DNA from: a bacterium
GTDB lineage: Bacteria; Myxococcota_A; Polyangia; HGW-17; JAJRWW01
Direction of reading: 5' to 3'
Assembly: GCA_043825095.1 (NCBI GenBank)
Contig: JBDRSE010000156.1
Location: forward strand, 125,309 to 189,308
Length of the DNA stretch: 64,000 nucleotides
A program made the translations under genes and the position numbers. Below are positions 59,996-64,000 of this stretch, piece by piece (the first letter of the stretch is position 1; every line of letters starts with the position of its first letter). A model generated the notes under the pieces. The model was not told where the DNA came from and made no database searches. It saw only the letters and a program-made list of their open reading frames with translations.

Positions 59996-61162
59996 ATGTC
60001 GGATGCACAGAATCCGGAACCCGAACTAGGCGCAGCCATCGCGGAGATGGGCGGTGAGACCCTCTACTGGTGCATGCAGTGTGGACTCTGCACGGGGGGC
60101 TGCCCCTGGCGATTGACCGACGGCGAGATCAACCGGGAGTTCAACGCCCGCAAGCTCCAGCACATGGGTCAGCTGGGGCTGGAGGGCTATGAGTCGGACA
60201 ACAACCTCTTCGCGTGCACCACCTGCGGCCTCTGCGTCAAGCGGTGCCCGCGGGAGGTGAACGCCATCGACAACATCCGGTCCATGCGGATGATGCTGGC
60301 CGAGGGGGGCGGGGTTCCACAGAACTACCGCTCCATCGTGGGCAGCCTGACCGACAACGGCAACCCGTGGATGGAGGGCCGTGAGAAGCGGAAGTCCTGG
60401 ATCAAGGACCTGGACGTGCCCACCTTCACCGAGGACACGGAGTACCTGCTCTTCGTCTGCTGCACGTCGTGCTACGACGCGCGCTCTCAGCACATCGCCC
60501 GGGCCATCGCCACGCTGCTCAACAAGGCCGGAGTGAGCTGGGGCATTCTCGGCGAGCAGGAGAGCTGCTGCGGCGAGTCGATCCGCAAGATCGGCCAGGA
60601 GGAGCTCTTCGGAACCCTCGCCGAGGCCAACATCGAGCTGTTCAATGGCAGGGGCGTCAAGAAGATCATCGTCACCTCGCCCCACTGCATGTTCACGTTC
60701 TTGAACGAGTACCCCGAGCGGGGCGGCGAGTTCCAGGTGCAGCACTACACCCAGCTCCTGGCGGACCTGATTCGCGAAGGCAAGCTGAAGCTGGACAAGG
60801 ACCTCGGCGTAGTGGTCGCCTTCCACGACCCGTGCTACCTGGGGCGACACTGCGACGTCTACCAGGACCCCAGGGAGGTCCTCGCGGCGCTCCCGGGCAC
60901 GCAGGTGATGGAGCTCACGCGGAATCGCGAGAGCAGCATCTGCTGTGGCGGCGGCGGCGGGCGGGTGTGGATGGAGACCCCTCCGGGAGAGCGTTTCGGT
61001 GACCTGCGGGTCAATGACGCCTTGGCCCACGAGGCGTCGGTGCTGGTCACTTCCTGTCCTTACTGCACGATCATGATGGAGGCGTCGGTGCTCGGGCTGG
61101 ACAAAGAGGAGGAGATCAAGGTCAAGGACGTAGCTGAGCTCGTGCTGGACGCCCTCGCGTAG
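59996..61162 (+). CDS. HdrD-like (HdrC+HdrB fusion) iron-sulfur protein with two CCG domains, soluble
   Basis: CMQCGLCTGGCPW / CTTCGLCVKRCPR 4Fe-4S motifs; two CCG motifs (ESCCGES, SICCGGGG); no TM helices. Confidence 0.7.
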   Translation: MSDAQNPEPELGAAIAEMGGETLYWCMQCGLCTGGCPWRLTDGEINREFNARKLQHMGQLGLEGYESDNNLFACTTCGLCVKRCPREVNAIDNIRSMRMMLAEGGGVPQNYRSIVGSLTDNGNPWMEGREKRKSWIKDLDVPTFTEDTEYLLFVCCTSCYDARSQHIARAIATLLNKAGVSWGILGEQESCCGESIRKIGQEELFGTLAEANIELFNGRGVKKIIVTSPHCMFTFLNEYPERGGEFQVQHYTQLLADLIREGKLKLDKDLGVVVAFHDPCYLGRHCDVYQDPREVLAALPGTQVMELTRNRESSICCGGGGGRVWMETPPGERFGDLRVNDALAHEASVLVTSCPYCTIMMEASVLGLDKEEEIKVKDVAELVLDALA

Positions 61163-61192
61163 CGCGGCGGCGCAGACGCACCGCTGCACCGC

Positions 61193-61858
61193 ATGTCGAA
61201 ACCGCTGTATCCCGTCGCCCTGCGACTTCGAGACAAACCCGTGCTGGTGGTGGGCGGCGGCCCTGTGGCCGCACGCAAGGTCGCACGCCTGCTCGACTGC
61301 GGCGCCCGCGTCACCCTGGTCGCCCTCGCTGCTGCCCAGGAGCTGGAGGACGCAGCCGTCCGAGGGACGATCGTCTGGCATCGGCGGCCCTTCACTCCCA
61401 CGGACGTGGAGGGCGCGGCGCTCGTGTTCACCGCCACCGGCGACGAGGCCGTGGATGCGTCCGTCGCCGCGGCTGCCCAGGGCCTGTCCATCTGGGTCAA
61501 CGTCGCCGATTCCGCGGCGGCCGGGGACGTGCAGCTGCCCGCGCTCCTGCGGGCCGGTGCCGTGACGGTGGCGGTCTCCACCGCCGGGGCCGCGCCCGGG
61601 TTTGCGGCCCGGCTCGCGCGGGAGCTGGAGCCGCGGCTGTCGCATGTGGGCCCCTACGTGGAGCTGCTCGGCGCGCTGCGGCAGGATCTGCGGCAGCGAT
61701 TCCCGGACGCGCCGGCCCGGCGGCAGCGTGCCTTTGCGGCGGCGCTCGACTGCGCTGCCGCCCGCGAGCACGCTGAGCAGGGTCGCCTGGACGAGGCCGG
61801 ACTGGCGCTGCGATCGGCCGCGGAGGCTGCGCTGGACGCGGAAGGGGACCAAGGATGA
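61193..61858 (+). CDS. sirC: Precorrin-2 dehydrogenase / sirohydrochlorin ferrochelatase (SirC/CysG N-terminal-like)
   Basis: Rossmann LVVGGGPVAARKVARLL; CysG N-domain-like. Confidence 0.65.
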   Translation: MSKPLYPVALRLRDKPVLVVGGGPVAARKVARLLDCGARVTLVALAAAQELEDAAVRGTIVWHRRPFTPTDVEGAALVFTATGDEAVDASVAAAAQGLSIWVNVADSAAAGDVQLPALLRAGAVTVAVSTAGAAPGFAARLARELEPRLSHVGPYVELLGALRQDLRQRFPDAPARRQRAFAAALDCAAAREHAEQGRLDEAGLALRSAAEAALDAEGDQG

Positions 61859-61864
61859 AGCCTC

Positions 61865-63454
61865 ATGCGAGCAGGTGACCACGTGCCCGCCGCAGGGGAC
61901 GGGCTGTTTAACGGCGCGTCCACCGCCGCGGACGAGTCGGCAGGCGGTCCGGGGAAGATCTACCTCGTCGGTGCGGGCCCCGGGGACCCGGATCTGATCA
62001 CCGTCCGCGGCGCCCAGCTCTGCCAGAGCTGCGATGCGTTGGTCTACGACAGCCTGGTCCCCGCCGAGCTCGTGGCGAACAGCCCGGCCCTGCGCAAAAT
62101 CTACGTGGGCAAGACCGAGGGCGGCCACACCATGACCCAGGACGAGATCACCCGGCTGTTGGTGGATCTGGCCCACGAGCCCGGGGGACCGCGTCGAATC
62201 GTCAGGCTGAAAGGTGGCGATCCCTACGTCTTCGGCCGCGGGGGCGAGGAGGCGCTGGCCTGCCGCGAGGCAGGCGTTCCGCTGGAGGTCGTGCCCGGCG
62301 TGACCGCCGGGGTGGCCGCGCCGGCCTATGCCGGCGTGCCGGTGACGCACCGACGCACCAGCCGCGGGGTCATCTTTTTTACGGGCCATCTGGCGCACGG
62401 AAACCTGGATCACCTGCCCTGGGCCCAGCTGGCGACCAGCGGATTCACCCTGGTGAGCTACATGGGGGTGTCGACCCTGGAGCAGATCGCCGCCCGTCTC
62501 GTGGAGGCGGGTTTGGCTCCCGACACTCCGGCCATGGTCGTTCAGGAGGGCACCACCCCGGGCCAGCGAAGCGTGTGCGCGCCTCTTTCGCAGCTCGCGG
62601 AGCGCGCCCGGGCGGTTGGCATTCGGCCGCCCGCCGTGACCGTGATCGGGCAGGTGGTTTCCCTTGCCGAGACGCTCGGGCCCCAGCGCCCTCGGCCGCT
62701 GGCCGGCAAGACCGTGGTGCTGCTCAAGGCCGAAGAGAGCAGCTACTCCGAGCTGGCGCCGCTGCGCCGGGCGGGAGCGCGGGTCATCGAGGTTTCGGTG
62801 GTGCGCTGCGTGCAGAGCCCCCATCCCGAGGAAGTGGAGACCGGGCTCTTGGCCATGCGTGGGGAGCATGTGGTGTTCTTCCGATCCGCCGCTGCCGCGC
62901 GGTTCTTCGGCGACGCCTGGCGAAAGCTGTCCGGGCGACCGCAGCCGCGGCTGATTGCGGGCAGCCCCACCGTGCGGGATGCGCTGCTGCGCCAGGGATT
63001 CGACGTGGTCTACACCGAGCAAGGGCGCGTCGGGGCGTTGGAGACGCTGCGCGGGGCCGCGGTGGCGCCGGGGACCACGGTCTGGATGCCTCGGAGCACG
63101 GGCGCAGGGACCGAGACCCCGCGCGAGCTCGAGGCTGCCGGCTTCAGTCCGCGCCTCCTCCGCGTGTACGAAACCAAGCACGTCCCAGTGCCCAACGACG
63201 TCCGCTCCATCCTCTCCTCAGGGCGCGTGGACGCAGTGTTGTTCCTGTCTGGAAGCTGCGCTCGCGCGGCGGCAGTGGCCGCTCCTCACCTCGGGCGGCA
63301 GCAGGACCGGCCCGTGCTGTTCGGCGCCGTGGGGCCCCTCACCGCGCGCGCTGCGAGCGAGGTAGGGATCCACTGTGAGGTCGTACCGGATCTACCGCGT
63401 GTTGCGGATCTGGTGGACGCGGTCCTCACCCAAATGATCCCCGGATCCCGGTAG
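61865..63454 (+). CDS. cobA-hemD: Uroporphyrinogen-III C-methyltransferase fused to uroporphyrinogen-III synthase (CobA/HemD)
   Basis: IYLVGAGPGDPDLITVRG, VVRLKGGDPYVFGRGGEE SAM-MTase motifs; C-terminal ~250 aa HemD-like. Confidence 0.75.
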   Translation: MRAGDHVPAAGDGLFNGASTAADESAGGPGKIYLVGAGPGDPDLITVRGAQLCQSCDALVYDSLVPAELVANSPALRKIYVGKTEGGHTMTQDEITRLLVDLAHEPGGPRRIVRLKGGDPYVFGRGGEEALACREAGVPLEVVPGVTAGVAAPAYAGVPVTHRRTSRGVIFFTGHLAHGNLDHLPWAQLATSGFTLVSYMGVSTLEQIAARLVEAGLAPDTPAMVVQEGTTPGQRSVCAPLSQLAERARAVGIRPPAVTVIGQVVSLAETLGPQRPRPLAGKTVVLLKAEESSYSELAPLRRAGARVIEVSVVRCVQSPHPEEVETGLLAMRGEHVVFFRSAAAARFFGDAWRKLSGRPQPRLIAGSPTVRDALLRQGFDVVYTEQGRVGALETLRGAAVAPGTTVWMPRSTGAGTETPRELEAAGFSPRLLRVYETKHVPVPNDVRSILSSGRVDAVLFLSGSCARAAAVAAPHLGRQQDRPVLFGAVGPLTARAASEVGIHCEVVPDLPRVADLVDAVLTQMIPGSR

Positions 63455-63689
63455 CGCCTGCCCGCTATTTCCGGCGTAGTTAATGAGTACTCAATAACGA
63501 ATGGTTAGTGGGGGCTCATTATCGAGCCCGAATCCGTGCCTTTCCGAGGGGAATTGAAGCACTTTTACCATTGGGACTGACAATGGATATAATGCAATTA
63601 TTTCAGAAGGTTAAATAGCAGTCAAACTGGATGAGATTAGGCCGGAACTACCACTATCGGAAAATCGAAAATCAGCGTGACGAATATGC

Positions 63690-63718
63690 TTGACAGCCCC
63701 CCGGCGACGGGGTAGCAC
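63690..63718 (+). promoter_or_regulatory. Sigma70-like promoter TTGACA-N17-TAGCAC upstream of aprB (long 5' UTR)
   Basis: gcTTGACAgccccccggcgacggggTAGCACaa in a low-GC leader ~190 nt before ATG 63907. Confidence 0.35.
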
Positions 63719-63906
63719 AACCCGGTATAAACAAGGAGAAGTGTGTCGGATATTCCGTGTTTTTCCCTCCCAGGGATCCTGGAAAATCCGGTACCAAGAA
63801 ATCGAGTTTTGAGCACCTTTTTTGTTCAATTCGGAGTTCTGGACGGGAGACCGTCCACCAGATCCGCCCGGAGAAGCGAAAGCCTCCGGGCCACAGGAGG
63901 GCATTC

Positions 63907-64000
63907 ATGCCGAGCTATGTGATCACTGAGAAATGTGATGGATGTAAAGGCCAGGACAAGACTGCCTGCATGTACATCTGTCCCAACGACCTGATGCTGC
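63907..64000 (+). CDS. aprB: Adenylylsulfate reductase beta subunit (N-terminal fragment, continues past window)
   Basis: MPSYVITEKCDGCKGQDKTACMYICPNDLM matches the characteristic AprB N-terminus; RBS acaggaggg. Confidence 0.75.
   Translation, partial: MPSYVITEKCDGCKGQDKTACMYICPNDLML

Overview
High-GC (~68-70%) bacterial chromosome segment with Myxococcota-type hallmarks: a MYXO-CTERM-like sorting motif, Cys-rich 'CGNG..ECDG' repeat lipoproteins, FG-GAP/WD40/TPR lipoproteins, FHA-GGDEF, and an AgmX/TonB-C-like protein. Bases 1-36 kb are mostly housekeeping genes: two minus-strand tRNA clusters with terminators, rdgB-rph, rpsU, pdxA, uvrA, a crp-family regulator, lexA, uvrC, ffh, a split complex I cluster nuoABCD-G-HI without nuoEF or nuoJ-N, and a divergent hisA-like/hisIE fusion plus a hisD-like gene. 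Bases 36-47 kb look accessory: a 1408-aa surface protein with an internal MYXO-CTERM/lipoprotein-signal junction, an HTH + AbiEii-like nucleotidyltransferase toxin-antitoxin pair, lipoproteins, a hutU fragment, then hutU. The most striking content starts behind an AT-rich boundary at ~49.1 kb: a complete dissimilatory sulfur-metabolism island (dsrMKJOP, dsrC, qmoAB with an HdrD-like protein in place of QmoC, sirC, cobA-hemD, start of aprB). This is unusual for a myxobacterial-type genome, and three promoter-like sites in the island share a TTGACA-N17-TA(C/G)CA(A/C) motif. A two-copy MITE-like repeat family and several in-frame tandem coding repeats are also present. Many long antisense ORFs are GC-content artefacts.
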